64,000 nt of DNA from an uncultured Gammaproteobacteria bacterium (GTDB lineage Bacteria; Pseudomonadota; Gammaproteobacteria; SZUA-229): the NCBI GenBank assembly GCA_963768215.1, contig CAVYHW010000045.1, positions 1,821 through 65,820 on the forward strand, given 5' to 3'. The position numbers were made by a program, and so were the translations under genes. Positions within the stretch are counted from its first letter, which is position 1. Every line of letters begins with the position of its first letter. Below, in pieces: positions 41,104 to 51,736 of this stretch. Below the pieces are notes generated by a model, which saw only the letters and a list, made by a program, of their open reading frames with translations, was not told the DNA's origin and ran no database searches.

Positions 41104-41844
41104 TTAACGGTTCCATCTGGATTCATCACTGATTTCTTTCATCGTGTTTTCAATCCAGTCAGATACTTCCTTATTAATTTCCTCAGCCTTCCTGCCTTTT
41201 GTTTCAATCGCAGGCCCGATAACCACACTGATGGTACCCGGCCATTTTATAAAACTGTGTCTTGGCCAGAACTCGCCTGCATTATGCGCTATCGGTATCA
41301 CCGGATAACCGCTTTTCTGTGCCAGCAGGGCGCCGCCTATTTTATACTTGTGGGTCTTGCCCGGCGCGGTGCGTGTCCCTTCAGGAAACAAAACAATCCA
41401 TTTACCATTATTCAGTTTTTTTGTGCCTTCATCAATCAGCTGCTTAATGGCGACCCTTCCCGTGCCGCGATTAATCGCAATGGGATCAGTTAATGCCAGC
41501 GCCCAGCCAAAAACCGGGATATACATCAGTTCACGTTTGAACACCCAGTGCACAAGCGGCGTAAAAGAATGCAAAGCCAGGGTTTCCCAGGTTGACTGGT
41601 GCTTGCTCAATATAATTGCGGTTTCAACATTCAGGTTTTCCTGCCCCTTAACTTTGAAATCGATACCACAAAAAACCTTTAACAAAAAATTATTGGTATA
41701 TGACCATAAGCGGGCTATTTTTAAACGAAAAGTTGCCGGCATAAAAAATAATAAGACGACTAACAGGCCGAAAACGACGGTATTAATAATAAAGCCAAGC
41801 CAGAACAATAATGAACGGAAAAACAGGACGGGTTTTGATTCCAT
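41104..41844 (-). CDS. plsC: 1-acyl-sn-glycerol-3-phosphate acyltransferase
   Basis: HQSTWETL (HX4D-like) and FPEGTRT motifs. The start codon abuts the edge of MITE copy B. Confidence 0.85.
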   Translation of the reverse strand: MESKPVLFFRSLLFWLGFIINTVVFGLLVVLLFFMPATFRLKIARLWSYTNNFLLKVFCGIDFKVKGQENLNVETAIILSKHQSTWETLALHSFTPLVHWVFKRELMYIPVFGWALALTDPIAINRGTGRVAIKQLIDEGTKKLNNGKWIVLFPEGTRTAPGKTHKYKIGGALLAQKSGYPVIPIAHNAGEFWPRHSFIKWPGTISVVIGPAIETKGRKAEEINKEVSDWIENTMKEISDESRWNR

Positions 41845-41846
41845 AA

Positions 41847-42117
41847 CTAGGGCACCTCTGATTAAGTCTATTATGCTTCTGGCTTACAGGCTTGTTCGTA
41901 ATCAAGGCAGTATTTTGAAAGCATGTAGATACCTGGTGAAAAATACTAACGCAGAGTACGGACAAGCCTGTAAGCCCCACTGGGCGCGGCCTGAAGGATA
42001 CATCTGCCACGTTACAAAGCTTGTTAAGGACTAAGGCCATTAACTTCACTTTGCGCCTTGCATCTGCACCCTTCAGGTCACGCAGAAGCATAATAGACTT
42101 GATCAGAGGTACCCTGG
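41847..42117. mobile_element. 271-bp MITE-like element, copy B
   Basis: ~93% identical to 33332-33603 with the same TIRs. Squeezed between the plsC start and the gmhB stop. Confidence 0.8.
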
Positions 42118-42132
42118 TACTCCGTCAAGATT

Positions 42133-42675
42133 CTATTGTTGCAGTAGTGAAGTTACGGCTGAGGCAAGGTCGTCGAACACTGGAACAGATTCTTCGTGTT
42201 CTGCCTGCAATATTTTTTCTGCTTTTACCCCTTTTCCAGTACGTACCAGAATGGCCTGGGTAAGCGCATTACTGGCTGCCTTAATATCTGAAACACTATC
42301 GCCAATAAAAATAACATCCTTTAGCGGCACATTAAATCGCTGTCCAATCTGCAACAGCATGCCCGGTTTGGGTTTTCTGCAACTACAGCCTTCATCTGGT
42401 CCGTGTGGACAGTAAAACACAGCATCAACGCGGCCACCAATTTCTGCCAGCATATCATCCATTTTTTTATGCATCGCATTCAGGGCCTCAATATCAAAAT
42501 GCCCCCTTGCCAGACCCGACTGATTTGATGCAACAGCTACCGTATAACCACTATGATTTAAACGCGCAATAGCTTCAAGACTACCATCAATGGGGATCCA
42601 TTCTTCAGCGCTTTTGATATAAGCATCTGAATCATGGTTGATAACGCCGTCTCTATCTATAACAATTACTTTCAT
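42133..42675 (-). CDS. gmhB: D-glycero-D-manno-heptose-1,7-bisphosphate 7-phosphatase
   Basis: HAD motif VIDRDGVIN, with Cys-x-His-x-Cys zinc site (CPHGPDEGCSCRKP). Confidence 0.85.
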   Translation of the reverse strand: MKVIVIDRDGVINHDSDAYIKSAEEWIPIDGSLEAIARLNHSGYTVAVASNQSGLARGHFDIEALNAMHKKMDDMLAEIGGRVDAVFYCPHGPDEGCSCRKPKPGMLLQIGQRFNVPLKDVIFIGDSVSDIKAASNALTQAILVRTGKGVKAEKILQAEHEESVPVFDDLASAVTSLLQQ

Positions 42676-42704
42676 TTGATAAGCCTGATACTGTTGACTA
42701 CAGC

Positions 42705-44795
42705 TTACGACTGATGCAGTCGTGACAGGTCAGCAGCGCGCAGAAAAAGCTGATTCATTGTATTTAACAGTGCAATACGGTTGTTTTTTATTGTCTCATC
42801 ATCAACCATTACCATCACCGAATCAAAAAAACCGTCTACCGGTCCACGCAAAGAGGATAACTGGCTTAGTGCAGCTTCATAATCGCCTGCATCAAACATT
42901 GGCTCTACGGTTTGACTTAATGCAGTCAAACTCTGATAAAGTTTTTTCTCGGCGTCTTCAGAAAGTAAACTTTCATCCACTGTCAATATGTTATCGCCTG
43001 CAGACTTCTTTAGAATATTACCCACACGTTTATTTGCTGCAGCCAGGCTTTCCGCTTCGGCAAGCCCCCGGAATATAGTAACGGCTTTTATGCGATTATC
43101 AAAATCTAGCGGGCGAGAAGGCGACAATGCTGACACCGCATCGAACACATCCGGCAAAATGCCACGATCAAGATAGTAGGCGCGCAGTCTTTCGAGAATA
43201 TAATCAAATACATCCTGTTCAACTTTAGCGGCATCCACTTTATCAGCAAGTAAATCTGCTGATATGGTTATCAGCTGCTTAAGATCAAGGTCAAGCTGAC
43301 GCTCGATAATTGTGCGCAGAATGCCTAGAGATGCCCGGCGTAAGGCATAAGGGTCTTTTTCGCCCGTTGGTTTTTGACCAATGGCAAAAATACCGACCAG
43401 GGTATCGAGTTTGTCACTAATAGAAAGAATTTGCCCTGTGACACTCGTTGCCGTATCGTCACTTGCACCACGCGGTTTGTATTGCTCATCAAGCGCCATG
43501 GCAACTTCTTCAGCTTCACCTGCCACCTGCGCGTAACGCTTACCCATCACCCCTTGCAGCGCAGCAAACTCACCGACCATGTCCGTCATCAGGTCACACT
43601 TACTTAATATTGCTGCACGCCTTATATATTCAATATTGGCATACTCGCCATTCACGTTGAGTTGTGCAGCAATCGATTCGGCTAACTTTGCAACACGCCG
43701 TGTTTTGTCTGCAATCGTACCAAGCTTTTCCTGAAACACGACATTTTCCAGCGCCATATTAAATGATTCCAGTGGCTGTTTCTGGTCCTGCTGCCAGAAA
43801 AACATGGCATCCGCCAGGCGCGGGCGAACCACACGCTCGTTTCCTGCTTTTACTTTTTCAGCTGACTTACTGTCAATATTGCTGATGGTAATAAAATAAT
43901 TTTTCAAATTTCCCGTAGTGTCTTTGACCGGAAAGTATTTTTGATTGTCCTGCATGGTTTTAATTAATACTTCTGACGGGATCTGCAGATACATTTCTTC
44001 AAATTCACCGGCCACGGCTATCGGCCACTCGCTTAATGCAGTAACTTCGTCAAGCAGGTCTGCGTCAATTACTGCTTCACCACTCAGGGAGTTTACGGTA
44101 TCGATAACCTGCTGCCTGATATTCTGTTTTCTTTCTTCAAAGTCAGCAATAACAAAACCTTCTGTTCGAAGTAGTTCTTTATATGATGAAGCCGATGGAA
44201 TGACAATCTCACCGGGGGAATGGAAACGATGGCCAAAAGTTGTTGCTGATGACTTCAGGCCTAAAACTGTCGCATCAAAAACTTTTTCTCCATACATCAA
44301 AACCAGCCAGTGCGCCGGCCGTACAAACTCAGCATCATTACTTCCCCAACGCATTCGTTTTGGAATAGGAAGACGAGATAGTGACTGGTTGATAATATCT
44401 TCAATCAAATCAGATAAAAGCTGTCCTTTTTCAGTTGCCTTAAAAACCAGCCAGACACCTTTGTCTGTTTCCTGCTGCTGAAGCGCATCAATCTCAACGC
44501 CACAGGATCGGGCAAAACCCATCACCGCTTTAGTCGGTTTATCATTGGCATCATAAGCTGCTTTCAGACTGGGGCCTTTACGCTCAACATTTCTATCAGG
44601 TTGTGATGCAGCGATGTTATTAATTATTACGCCAAGTCTTCTAGGTGTGGCAAAGGATTCAACGTCATTGATTTCAAAACCGGCATTTTTTAAACCGTCT
44701 ACAATTCCCTGAGTAAAAGCAGTGGAAAGTTTATTCAGCGCTTTGGGCGGTAACTCTTCCGTGCCCAGCTCTATCAACAAGGAGTCATGAGTCAT
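42705..44795 (-). CDS. glyS: Glycyl-tRNA synthetase beta subunit
   Basis: 696 aa, typical GlyS. Overlaps the glyQ stop (ATGA). Confidence 0.95.
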   Translation of the reverse strand: MTHDSLLIELGTEELPPKALNKLSTAFTQGIVDGLKNAGFEINDVESFATPRRLGVIINNIAASQPDRNVERKGPSLKAAYDANDKPTKAVMGFARSCGVEIDALQQQETDKGVWLVFKATEKGQLLSDLIEDIINQSLSRLPIPKRMRWGSNDAEFVRPAHWLVLMYGEKVFDATVLGLKSSATTFGHRFHSPGEIVIPSASSYKELLRTEGFVIADFEERKQNIRQQVIDTVNSLSGEAVIDADLLDEVTALSEWPIAVAGEFEEMYLQIPSEVLIKTMQDNQKYFPVKDTTGNLKNYFITISNIDSKSAEKVKAGNERVVRPRLADAMFFWQQDQKQPLESFNMALENVVFQEKLGTIADKTRRVAKLAESIAAQLNVNGEYANIEYIRRAAILSKCDLMTDMVGEFAALQGVMGKRYAQVAGEAEEVAMALDEQYKPRGASDDTATSVTGQILSISDKLDTLVGIFAIGQKPTGEKDPYALRRASLGILRTIIERQLDLDLKQLITISADLLADKVDAAKVEQDVFDYILERLRAYYLDRGILPDVFDAVSALSPSRPLDFDNRIKAVTIFRGLAEAESLAAANKRVGNILKKSAGDNILTVDESLLSEDAEKKLYQSLTALSQTVEPMFDAGDYEAALSQLSSLRGPVDGFFDSVMVMVDDETIKNNRIALLNTMNQLFLRAADLSRLHQS

Positions 44796-45724
44796 GCTGC
44801 ATCTCCTTTTGAATTCATACCAACGCCGAGAGTGTTACCAATAGGAAAGCCCAGGGCCTCTCGCGAATCGTAATACGCCTGTGCCACGGACCTTGCAAGT
44901 GTACGTACGCGTAAAATAAACCGTTGCCGTTCAGTCACTGAGATAGCATGGCGTGCATCAAGCAGGTTAAATGCATGCGAGGCCTTCAACACCATTTCGT
45001 AGGCAGGCAAAGGCAGGCCCAGTGCAATCAGCCGCCGGCTTTCAGACTCACAATCATCAAACTGTTTAAACAGTATTTCAGTGTTTGCGTGCTCAAAATT
45101 ATATGCCGACATTTCAACTTCATTTTGATGAAATACATCACCGTAAGTCACATCGCCCTGCGGTCCTGTTGTCCAGATCAGATCGAACACACTTTCTTTT
45201 TCCTGCAGGTACATTGCCAGACGCTCCAGTCCATAAGTGATTTCACCTGTGACAGGACGACATTCAAGCCCGCCTACCTGCTGAAAATAAGTAAACTGCG
45301 TCACTTCCATGCCATTCAACCAGACTTCCCAGCCCAAACCCCAGGCGCCTAATGTAGGTGATTCCCAGTTGTCTTCGACAAATCGCACATCGTGTTCCAG
45401 CAAATCAAAGCCCAGCGCTTCAAGTGAGCCCAGATATAAATCCTGTATATCATCCGGTGAAGGTTTCAATACCACCTGAAACTGGTAGTAATGCTGCAGG
45501 CGATTAGGGTTCTCACCATAACGCCCGTCCGTTGGACGGCGGCAGGGTTGCACATAAGCTGAGCGCCAGGGCTCCGGGCCTATAGCACGTAAAAATGTCG
45601 CCGGATGAAATGTACCTGCGCCCACTTCCATATCGAGTGGCTGTAATACGGCGCATCCCTGCTTTTGCCAGTAATCCTGCACTGCGAAAATGAGCCCCTG
45701 AAAAGTTGAAACATCGTAAGCCAT
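44792..45724 (-). CDS. glyQ: Glycyl-tRNA synthetase alpha subunit
   Basis: 310 aa highly conserved GlyQ ([11 protein letters not shown]…). Confidence 0.95.
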   Translation of the reverse strand: MAYDVSTFQGLIFAVQDYWQKQGCAVLQPLDMEVGAGTFHPATFLRAIGPEPWRSAYVQPCRRPTDGRYGENPNRLQHYYQFQVVLKPSPDDIQDLYLGSLEALGFDLLEHDVRFVEDNWESPTLGAWGLGWEVWLNGMEVTQFTYFQQVGGLECRPVTGEITYGLERLAMYLQEKESVFDLIWTTGPQGDVTYGDVFHQNEVEMSAYNFEHANTEILFKQFDDCESESRRLIALGLPLPAYEMVLKASHAFNLLDARHAISVTERQRFILRVRTLARSVAQAYYDSREALGFPIGNTLGVGMNSKGDAA

Positions 45725-45827
45725 GTAAAATCTTATATCTTATTGAATAAAGTACAGATTATAACCTAAGCAAGCTCTAAATTACTGCGCTGGGTGGTGT
45801 TTCCAGCAAAAAAGGGCTATAACTAGT

Positions 45828-46100
45828 ACTCTATCAAGGTGGTTTTGATGATTTCAGCGCTACTGTGGTGTTTCGCAACTAGGCACAGTGCGCAGACAAT
45901 GGCCTTTGTCCTTGTCAAGTACTGTAACACAGGTGCGGAACGCCTCAGTAGCGCCCGAAGGGTTGGTCTGTCAGTATCCATGGCTGCGTTACGCCTCTTG
46001 CAAAGGACTATGGCCATTTGCTGCCCAGATCGTAGGCTTGGGTGCCTTGCCATGAATACTGACAGACCAACTGAAACCATCAAAACCACCTTGATAGAGT
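45828..46100. mobile_element. ~273-bp MITE-like element with 24-bp TIRs (TACTCTATCAAGGTGGTTTTGATG)
   Basis: Perfect outer inverted repeat plus a second inner pair (GGTCTGTCAGTATCCATGG / CCATGAATACTGACAGACC). Different family from the 33332/41847 element. Confidence 0.7.
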
Positions 46101-46129
46101 ACTGGATAAATGCTCAAAAAATCTTCTTA

Positions 46130-46711
46130 ATGTCGATAAGAAAACAGAGGATGAGAACGATGAGTAAACCATTAATCCTGAATTCATCTGAACTTTCACA
46201 GTGGCACAGACTGGTGCAGGATGCCGAGCAGGACTATGGCTGCCAGCTGGATGAAACCATGCAAAGTTATCTTGTCTTCACGCTGATGCGATTTACAAAA
46301 AACCAGCAGCTTAATTCAACAGCGCTTGCGCTTGATTACTTAACGTCGCTCCACCTTCCTGACAACTTATGCAGTGAGAAGCTGCGCAACATTGGCGACC
46401 AGTGTTTACTGGTATCCGGTTTATTTCCACAATCAGCTGAAAAACGGCAGGTTGATGTTAATTATTATGTCAATCTTGGGCGTTCCTCTTATCACCATAT
46501 TAGCACCCTGACGCAACGTGGCATCGCTGATTTATACCAGCAACTGGCAGAAAGTTTTGTATTATTAATGGATTTATTACAAACCATCAGACAGTACAGC
46601 ACACCCGCATTGCAACCGCTCGCGGCATTGGAGCTATGGCAGAAAACAGGGAGCCGGGCCGCATATAAACAGGTTTCAGATAGTGGCATTCCGTACATGA
46701 AAGTCTGCTAG
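46130..46711 (+). CDS. Hypothetical protein (~185-195 aa)
   Basis: The ORF continues from the MITE but plausible starts lie at 46130-46160 (RBS AGAGG). No recognisable domain. Confidence 0.45.
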   Translation: MSIRKQRMRTMSKPLILNSSELSQWHRLVQDAEQDYGCQLDETMQSYLVFTLMRFTKNQQLNSTALALDYLTSLHLPDNLCSEKLRNIGDQCLLVSGLFPQSAEKRQVDVNYYVNLGRSSYHHISTLTQRGIADLYQQLAESFVLLMDLLQTIRQYSTPALQPLAALELWQKTGSRAAYKQVSDSGIPYMKVC

Positions 46712-46760
46712 ATATTAAATTGTCATTGGTCATTCGTCATTAGTCGATTGTCAAAAGTGA

Positions 46761-48197
46761 CTAATGACAAAAGACGAATGACCGCGTTTCTAAATGACGC
46801 TCCAGTTCAACCACGTCCTGTTTAACATCCAGCTTCGACAGCACGTTATAAAGCGCAGCTTGCAGCGCCTCTTCAATGACCGGGTGATAAAAAGGCATTT
46901 TCAGCATATCAAATACCGTCATGCCATTTTGGATCGACCAGCATATAAGGTGCGCCAGATTCTCTGCTTTAACACAGCACATGCTTGCACCCAGTAGCAA
47001 ACCATCCGATTTCTGTACGTACAGCCTGAGCAAGCCACGATTTTTACCGATAATTAGCGCACGCCCAACCGGTGCAAACTGAATTTCTCCAATAGCTATT
47101 TTCTCCTGATTTAACTCGGATAGCTGCGCACCCACAGTGGCAATATTGGGATCACAGAAGGTAATAGCCAAAGGCACTTTACGTTTAAATTTTTCAACTG
47201 ATCCATTGAGCGCATGATGGACGGCGTTATAACCGGCAACACGCCCTTCATGCCCTGCTTCATGCAAAATGGGGCGGTCTGCATTGACGTCACCTGCAAT
47301 ATATATTGGAAGATCACCAATCTGCATCGTCAATGGATCAAAAACCGGGATACCATTTTCATCCAGTTCAATATCGGTGGCCTCAAGTTCCAGGCTGGTA
47401 AGTGCCGGCTTTCGTCCCAGGCTGGCCAGCACTTTATCCACCACCTGCTGATTGTCCCCGGCTGTTACCTGTATGCCGCCATCGACTTTTTCCAGGACAG
47501 CTGGCTGGCCTAACCATAACGGAAATTCTTTGCCAATAACATTTACCGCCAGCTGGTTTACTTCGTCATCTTCCAGCCGGGCAACATTTGTCAGTTGATC
47601 AAGCCCGAAAACCTTAACACCCAGGCGCTGTAAGGCCTGGCCAATTTCCAGACCAATAGACCCAAGACCAATCACCGCCATAGAAGCAGGCAAATTTTCC
47701 AGCTCAAAAAACTCATCCGTGGTATAAACATCGTCAGCAAAGTCCTGCCAGGCAGCTGGAACTACAGGGGTCGAACCGGTTGCTATAATAATGCTTTTTG
47801 CTTTTATCTGTTCGCCATTCACTTCAATGGTGTCGTTGCTAACAAATTTTGCATAACCATCAATCAGGTGGGTCTCATCCATGTCATCGGTCACACCCAG
47901 TGTTCGATCAACAAACACATCACGCAGGTCCTGCACATGCTCCATTATGGCCGGGACATCTAGCGACAGCTCTTCCGCGCCATCAATGCCTTCACGCTCG
48001 AACAGACTTTTACGATGAAAGTCTTCCGCCACCTGAATAAAAACTTTTGATGGCATACAGCCAACACGCGCACAGCTGGTGCCTAATTCACCGCCATTAA
48101 TTAATACATAATTATCGGTTTCACGTTTCACCTGTGATAGCGCGAACAACCCGGCGCTACCCGCACCTAAAATGGCAACATCTACTTCACGAGTCAT
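46761..48197 (-). CDS. Class-I pyridine-nucleotide-disulfide oxidoreductase (dihydrolipoamide-dehydrogenase-like)
   Basis: FAD fold VAILGAGSAGL, redox-active CARVGCMPSK, second Rossmann fold (IGLGSIGLE) and dimerisation domain. Confidence 0.8.
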   Translation of the reverse strand: MTREVDVAILGAGSAGLFALSQVKRETDNYVLINGGELGTSCARVGCMPSKVFIQVAEDFHRKSLFEREGIDGAEELSLDVPAIMEHVQDLRDVFVDRTLGVTDDMDETHLIDGYAKFVSNDTIEVNGEQIKAKSIIIATGSTPVVPAAWQDFADDVYTTDEFFELENLPASMAVIGLGSIGLEIGQALQRLGVKVFGLDQLTNVARLEDDEVNQLAVNVIGKEFPLWLGQPAVLEKVDGGIQVTAGDNQQVVDKVLASLGRKPALTSLELEATDIELDENGIPVFDPLTMQIGDLPIYIAGDVNADRPILHEAGHEGRVAGYNAVHHALNGSVEKFKRKVPLAITFCDPNIATVGAQLSELNQEKIAIGEIQFAPVGRALIIGKNRGLLRLYVQKSDGLLLGASMCCVKAENLAHLICWSIQNGMTVFDMLKMPFYHPVIEEALQAALYNVLSKLDVKQDVVELERHLETRSFVFCH

Positions 48198-48449
48198 AAG
48201 ACTTCCTCAAAAATTAACACGTAATTATTACATTTGCATAGTTGAATGATATGATATTACTCCAAATAAAACACCAATATATAATTCAGGAATTATGCAG
48301 ACCTGTCCTGGAGCCTGTTAACACTAATATGGCAACCGATAAAAATTAACTTGACATCCCTATATCATAAATTTAGACTTATTCTAATAAAGAATTGGTG
48401 TAAACTTTGCCCACCTTTTTTAGACTAACCCAAAAACAGGAGACATAAG

Positions 48450-48866
48450 ATGGTCTTAAAAGACAGTAAAACAGAACAAAACCTGAAAGACGCTTTTGCT
48501 GGCGAATCACAGGCAAACCGCCGCTACCTTTACTTTGCTGCAAAAGCTGATGTAGAAGGCTACAACGATATTTCTGCCGTGTTCCGCTCAACTGCTGAAG
48601 GTGAAACTGGTCACGCACATGGACACCTTGAGTATCTTGAAGAAACAGGTGACCCAGCAACCGGTTTACCCATTGGCGCTACCGCCGACAATCTGAAATC
48701 AGCCATTGCCGGTGAAACGCATGAGTACACAGACATGTACCCAGGTATGGCCAAATCAGCTCGCGATGAAGGTTTCGACGAAATCGCAGACTGGTTTGAA
48801 ACCCTGGCTAAAGCAGAACGCTCACACGCTAACCGTTTCCAGAAAGCGCTGGACAATATGGAGTAA
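48450..48866 (+). CDS. Rubrerythrin/ferritin-like di-iron protein (no rubredoxin domain)
   Basis: [22 protein letters not shown]… and two E-x-x-H di-iron motifs. Confidence 0.85.
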   Translation: MVLKDSKTEQNLKDAFAGESQANRRYLYFAAKADVEGYNDISAVFRSTAEGETGHAHGHLEYLEETGDPATGLPIGATADNLKSAIAGETHEYTDMYPGMAKSARDEGFDEIADWFETLAKAERSHANRFQKALDNME

Positions 48867-49075
48867 GCAAAGCTGTGAATCAGAAAAAGGCCAGTCAATG
48901 GGGCTGGCCTTTTTATTGCCTTCACTAAGACGCAAAGCTCGCAAAGAAAAATTGAAACATCTGTGGTCCTTCCTTTGCGAGCTTTGCGCCCTGGCGAGAG
49001 AACATGTATTAGAGCAACCCATGGTCTTTTTATTCAACAGTCATTGAGTTAATCAAATCATTCAGGAGAACAAAC

Positions 49076-50410
49076 ATGGCAACTAGCAGAGAAGGCAGTT
49101 TAGAAGCGCCCACTCGACACCCTCTTGGACAGGACACAGCTGAATTCTGGGATGAAGAAAACCTGTTTAGTGAACTCGAACGTGTGTTCGATATTTGCCA
49201 TGGCTGTCGCCGATGCGTTAGTTTGTGCGGTTCTTTTCCAACGCTGTTTGACCTGGTGGATGAGTCTGACACCTTTGAAGTTGATGGTGTAGATAAAAAA
49301 GATTACTGGCAGGTGGTTGACCACTGCTTCCTGTGTGACCTGTGTTATCTCACCAAATGCCCTTATGTGCCGCCACATGAATGGAATGTAGACTTTCCTC
49401 ACCTGATGTTACGTGCCAAGGCCGTTAAATTCAAAAAAGGCGATGTAAAAACCCGCGACAAACTGATCACTTCAACGGATACACTTGGAAAACTTGCAAC
49501 TATCCCGATCATTACTCAAGCCGTGAATACTGTTAACAGTAACGCTGTTACTCGCAAGTTGCTCGATAAAACACTGGGCATTCACAAAAATGCTTTATTA
49601 CCCAAATACAGTTCAAACACCCTGGTAAAACGTAACAGAAAACGTTCAACTGAAACAATTAAAGCGCAAGCAACCGACGCCACCACAGGTAAGGTCGTAC
49701 TGTTTGCGACCTGCTACGGTAATTACAACGAACCCCAGATTGGTGAAGACCTGGTCCGGGTATTCGAGCATAACGGACTGCAGGTTAAACTGGCGGAAAA
49801 CACGCAATGTTGCGGCATGCCTAAACTTGAGCTGGGTGACCTTGATGCGGTTACTCAGGCCAAAGAAAATAATATAAAAATACTTGCTCAGCTAGTTGAT
49901 GAAGGCTGGGATATTGTGACGCCGGTACCATCCTGCACCCTCATGTTTAAACAGGAATTACCCCTGATGTTTCCTGATGATGCGGATGTTATCAAGGTGC
50001 AACAGGCAATGTTTGATCCCTTTGAATATCTCATGTTGAGACATAAAGCAGGCAAAATTAACACCGAATTTAAAAATCCACTGGGCAAAATTTCCTACCA
50101 TGTCGCCTGTCACCAGCGTGTGCAGCGTATTGGCATGAAAACCCGTGACATACTGGAGTTAATTCCTGATACCGAAGTATTACCGATTGAACGCTGCTCC
50201 GGGCATGACGGTACCTACACATTCAAAAGCGAGTTTCATGACACGGCAATGAAAATATGTAAACCCGTCGTCAATAAAGTTAAACAAAACGATGCTGACT
50301 TTTACACCAGTGATTGCGCCATGGCGGGCCATCATATTGAAGCGGGGCTGGCCGACGGCTCTAAACCGGTACACCCTGTTTCACTGCTTCGTAAAGCCTA
50401 CGGCATATAA
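49076..50410 (+). CDS. HdrD/GlpC-like (Fe-S)-binding protein with CCG domains
   Basis: Two 4Fe-4S Cys clusters (CHGCRRCVSLC, CFLCDLCYLTKCP) and CCG-type Cys-rich repeats (CCGMP…). Confidence 0.8.
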   Translation: MATSREGSLEAPTRHPLGQDTAEFWDEENLFSELERVFDICHGCRRCVSLCGSFPTLFDLVDESDTFEVDGVDKKDYWQVVDHCFLCDLCYLTKCPYVPPHEWNVDFPHLMLRAKAVKFKKGDVKTRDKLITSTDTLGKLATIPIITQAVNTVNSNAVTRKLLDKTLGIHKNALLPKYSSNTLVKRNRKRSTETIKAQATDATTGKVVLFATCYGNYNEPQIGEDLVRVFEHNGLQVKLAENTQCCGMPKLELGDLDAVTQAKENNIKILAQLVDEGWDIVTPVPSCTLMFKQELPLMFPDDADVIKVQQAMFDPFEYLMLRHKAGKINTEFKNPLGKISYHVACHQRVQRIGMKTRDILELIPDTEVLPIERCSGHDGTYTFKSEFHDTAMKICKPVVNKVKQNDADFYTSDCAMAGHHIEAGLADGSKPVHPVSLLRKAYGI

Positions 50411-50432
50411 ACCGAAAAAAGATACTAACGTT

Positions 50433-51032
50433 ATGACTAAACTAACACGTAAAGACCTGTACAGCCTGGAAGATTATTCTGAAAAACGCGATGAATATCG
50501 CAAAAAAGTGATGGCGCATAAAGAAAATCGACGCCTTGTGCTGGGCAATCATCTGTTACTGTTATTTGAAGACCAGCTCACCATACAATATCAGATACAG
50601 GAAATGCTAAAAGCAGAAAAGATCTTTGAAGCTTCTGCTATCGAAGAAGAGCTTGAAGTTTATAATTCGCTAATTCCTGACGGCACAAACTGGAAAGTAA
50701 CCATGCTGATCCAGTATGTTGACATAGAAGAACGCCAGCGGCAACTTGCGCGATTAATTGGCATAGAAGATTTAATCTGGATGCAGGTAGATGGTTTTGA
50801 AAAAATATATGCCATTGCCGATGAAGACCTGGAACGGGACAATACTGAAAAAACCTCTGCTGTTCACTTCATGCGCTTCGAACTCGACAGCAATATGGCA
50901 GCAGCAGTAAAATCGGGCGCTAACATATCAGCTGGTGTTGAACATGAGAACTACCAGCAAACTGTTAGCCCTGTAGCCAGTAAGCTTCGTGATTCATTAG
51001 CAGCTGACCTGGGGCCTGTGAACACTAATTAA
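50433..51032 (+). CDS. DUF3501-like protein co-occurring with the HdrD-like gene
   Basis: Starts 22 nt after the stop of the HdrD-like gene. The DUF3501 assignment is from memory of this conserved gene trio, not from a motif. Confidence 0.45.
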   Translation: MTKLTRKDLYSLEDYSEKRDEYRKKVMAHKENRRLVLGNHLLLLFEDQLTIQYQIQEMLKAEKIFEASAIEEELEVYNSLIPDGTNWKVTMLIQYVDIEERQRQLARLIGIEDLIWMQVDGFEKIYAIADEDLERDNTEKTSAVHFMRFELDSNMAAAVKSGANISAGVEHENYQQTVSPVASKLRDSLAADLGPVNTN

Positions 51033-51065
51033 AAAAGCCTGCTCGTTTATGAGCAGGCTTTTCCA
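51033..51065. terminator. Bidirectional terminator hairpin
   Basis: AAAAAAGCCTGCTCGTTTATGAGCAGGCTTTTCC between convergent genes. Confidence 0.6.
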
Positions 51066-51105
51066 AATATTCACTTAAAGCTATTGCTGTTCTAGTTTTA
51101 CTGAT

Positions 51106-51540
51106 TTATTTTGATGTTACTTTGAAAACAACGTCTGTATCGATAATTCTTAAGCCATCTGCAAGTTCTGAATCAAGCGCTATATCAACATCGACGCCAT
51201 ACACATCAGACAGTTCACGGGTATCAACATTATACAAATGCTGATGCACCTCTGGATTGGAGTCGTAAAAAACACGCTCTCTATCAATCAGCACTTCACG
51301 CACGACGCCTTTTTGGGCAAACAGGCCCATGGTGTTGTAAACCGTGGCGCGCGATATACGATTGCCTTCACCTGTTACGCCATCAAGAATTTTTTCTGCC
51401 GACAGGTGCTGAGGGCGCTGAAATAAAAATTCGGCAATTTCTACACGTTGACGTGTGGGTGAAATTTTAAAATGCTGCAACATTGAGATAACTTCACTAC
51501 GCTCAAGCGGAAAAGTAATATTTAAAGTATCCATGCACAT
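51106..51540 (-). CDS. Fur-family transcriptional regulator (PerR/Fur-like, lacking the Cys4 site)
   Basis: wHTH region ISPTRQRVEIAEFL…HLSAEKI…ISRATVYNTMGLF matches Fur-family DNA-binding domains. No CxxC pairs. Confidence 0.7.
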   Translation of the reverse strand: MCMDTLNITFPLERSEVISMLQHFKISPTRQRVEIAEFLFQRPQHLSAEKILDGVTGEGNRISRATVYNTMGLFAQKGVVREVLIDRERVFYDSNPEVHQHLYNVDTRELSDVYGVDVDIALDSELADGLRIIDTDVVFKVTSK

Positions 51541-51736
51541 ATTATAACCAAGTTATTTAAAAATAAAAGGTATGCACGTTTGTCGGGTTTTCTACTTAGT
51601 TTGGTGTTTTCCCACTAAATAGTCGCTGTCATAACTGAAATGCGAGTTACATATCATACAATACAGAGAAAATTGAATAATAAAACCACATTATTCTGCT
51701 TATATTAAATCAGCTTATTTAAGGCATAATGCAACA

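Noticed and set aside
41348-42091. ORFs of 228 aa (+) and 102 aa (-) spanning 41348-42091, and the 145-aa ORF at 33173-33610
   Set aside because: They run through the MITE copies and the opposite strand of plsC or fimT. They have low-complexity, non-protein-like sequence and are judged spurious read-through ORFs.
45823-46129. 5' extension of ORF 45839..46711 and antisense ORF 45823..46089
   Set aside because: Both lie inside MITE family B. The plausible real start of the downstream gene is at 46130-46160.
46718-46783. Imperfect hairpin GGTCATTCGTC…GACGAATGACC
   Set aside because: Size and position between convergent genes fit an ordinary bidirectional terminator, not a repeat element.
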